64,000 bases of DNA from contig JBLDXI010000042.1 of the NCBI GenBank assembly GCA_047495785.1, forward strand, positions 3,348,001-3,412,000, written 5' to 3'. Under the pieces are notes generated by a model, which saw only the letters and a program-made list of their open reading frames with translations, searched no databases and had not been told where the DNA came from. Position 1 is the first letter of the stretch. The number at the start of each line of letters is the position of its first letter. Both the position numbers and the translations under genes were made by a program. Below, piece after piece: positions 62,829 to 64,000 of this stretch. This DNA is from Lepidodermella squamata. Taxonomy: Eukaryota; Animalia; Gastrotricha.

Positions 62829-64000
62829 TCAACAGAATTCTTGTTTTGGAGAGCGTTTCAAGTCGATATCTGATTCCATATTCGAGCTCCGTTTTCGGCT
62901 AGTCAACGTAACACCATAAACAATCGAATTTTCTCTAACAGGAGGTTTGGCGGCAACTTCCTCATCGTCATCCGATATTACTATCAATTCCGATTCGGGT
63001 TCAGCCTTGCAGAAGCAAGGCCGTTCTGGAAGCGATTCGCTCTGGTAGACTTGTTTATTCTGGTAAGGTATAGATGGGTTCTCGAAAACACCCGAAATCG
63101 CCTGAGCAGATCCGATTGCATTTTTCTGGAGTGCAGAAATGAAAACTTGATAGAACGTATCGCACAACTTTTCGGGACAGGAACTGAGGTAATTTTTCAC
63201 CTCTTCCACGGCTTTACTCAACTTTTCAGGTTGCCTAGCTGTAATAGGATTTATCGCAGCCAGTAAAATTGACAATTTTCGAGCAGCCCGCTGCCGCCCT
63301 GATAATTCAGGCCAGTTCGTCTAATTTCGGTCATTTTTCAAAAATCAAGAATATTACGAAATTAACCTACCCTTTTCAACAAGAGAATTTCGTGAATAGT
63401 CGCTTTCATAACGTCAGAGCTCTCGTTTTGTATACCGATTTCGGACAAAGTCTCGAAACAGCCCGATAATTTATCGCTCATTCCATTAGCTTTTGCGTGA
63501 GATTCAAGGTACTTTCCAGCATCAGTCATCATTTCCATGAGACCTTCGTATGCATGCTCAGTATTCACTTTCAATAGGCTGTCCAAAAATGTCATCACGA
63601 AACCGAAAGGAACGCAATTTTTGACGTATAACAGCCCGATTATTCTACCATAAATACATAACTTCGACTGAACTCAGATAAAACCTAAAATAATACCTCG
63701 GGGTCTCAATTAAATTTCTCTTCAATGAAAAATGTAGCTCATCGACCTGCCCTCTCAACCGTTTCTGCTGCCGAGGCTGTGTTGAACAAAATTATTAAAG
63801 GTAATAAAAATATACGAAACAATACCCAATCTGATGCTTGAATTTCACACTCTAATCGCGTCAATTCGCTAGAAATATGCTCAATATGAACATGGCTGAC
63901 GTTATTCAACCAAATTTCTTGCATAACAGCCATAAAACGAACACCTTTATCGTTCACAACCTTCAAATGAGATACGTTTTTAAGAAGTTATACCAACTCA
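62829..64000 (-). CDS. 3' part of MIF4G-family protein R1 (5' end outside window)
   Basis: ORFs 63739-63966, 63362-63598 and 62829-63275. FLDSLLKVNTEHAYEGLMEMMTDAGKYLE..MKATIHEILLLKR. Confidence 0.68.

Overview
Eukaryotic (animal) DNA from a very compact genome with mostly 45-60 nt GT-AG introns. Motile-cilia genes and FoxQ2 are present, and the ORF track is fragmented by introns. The dominant feature is a lineage-expanded family of highly diverged multi-MIF4G (eIF4G-middle/HEAT-like) genes in two minus-strand tandem arrays: about 8 genes at 1-20.5 kb and 3 genes at 58-64 kb. Several members carry SUMO-interacting-like motifs and NLS-like clusters, and one has a ULM. They are packed about 50-180 bp apart, nearly all with a splice acceptor just before the ATG, which suggests trans-spliced operons. 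The left array is head-to-head with a GTSF1/Asterix-like gene. The right array ends in a PPCDC/Hal3-like flavoprotein that has lost both catalytic residues and faces an inverted, decayed copy of itself (possible hairpin RNA). Between the arrays lie Cdc42 and a divergent tandem paralogue, nested MITEs, a tight CYB5D1-CCDC65 cilia pair, an orphan SOCS-box gene, FoxQ2 in a large regulatory territory, a KCNE-like membrane protein, a tight MTO1-NDUFA1 mitochondrial pair, and a TE-rich zone (MULE, hAT and Tc1/pogo MITEs, LINE fragments). All gene models were built by eye and all homology calls come from recognition, not searches.
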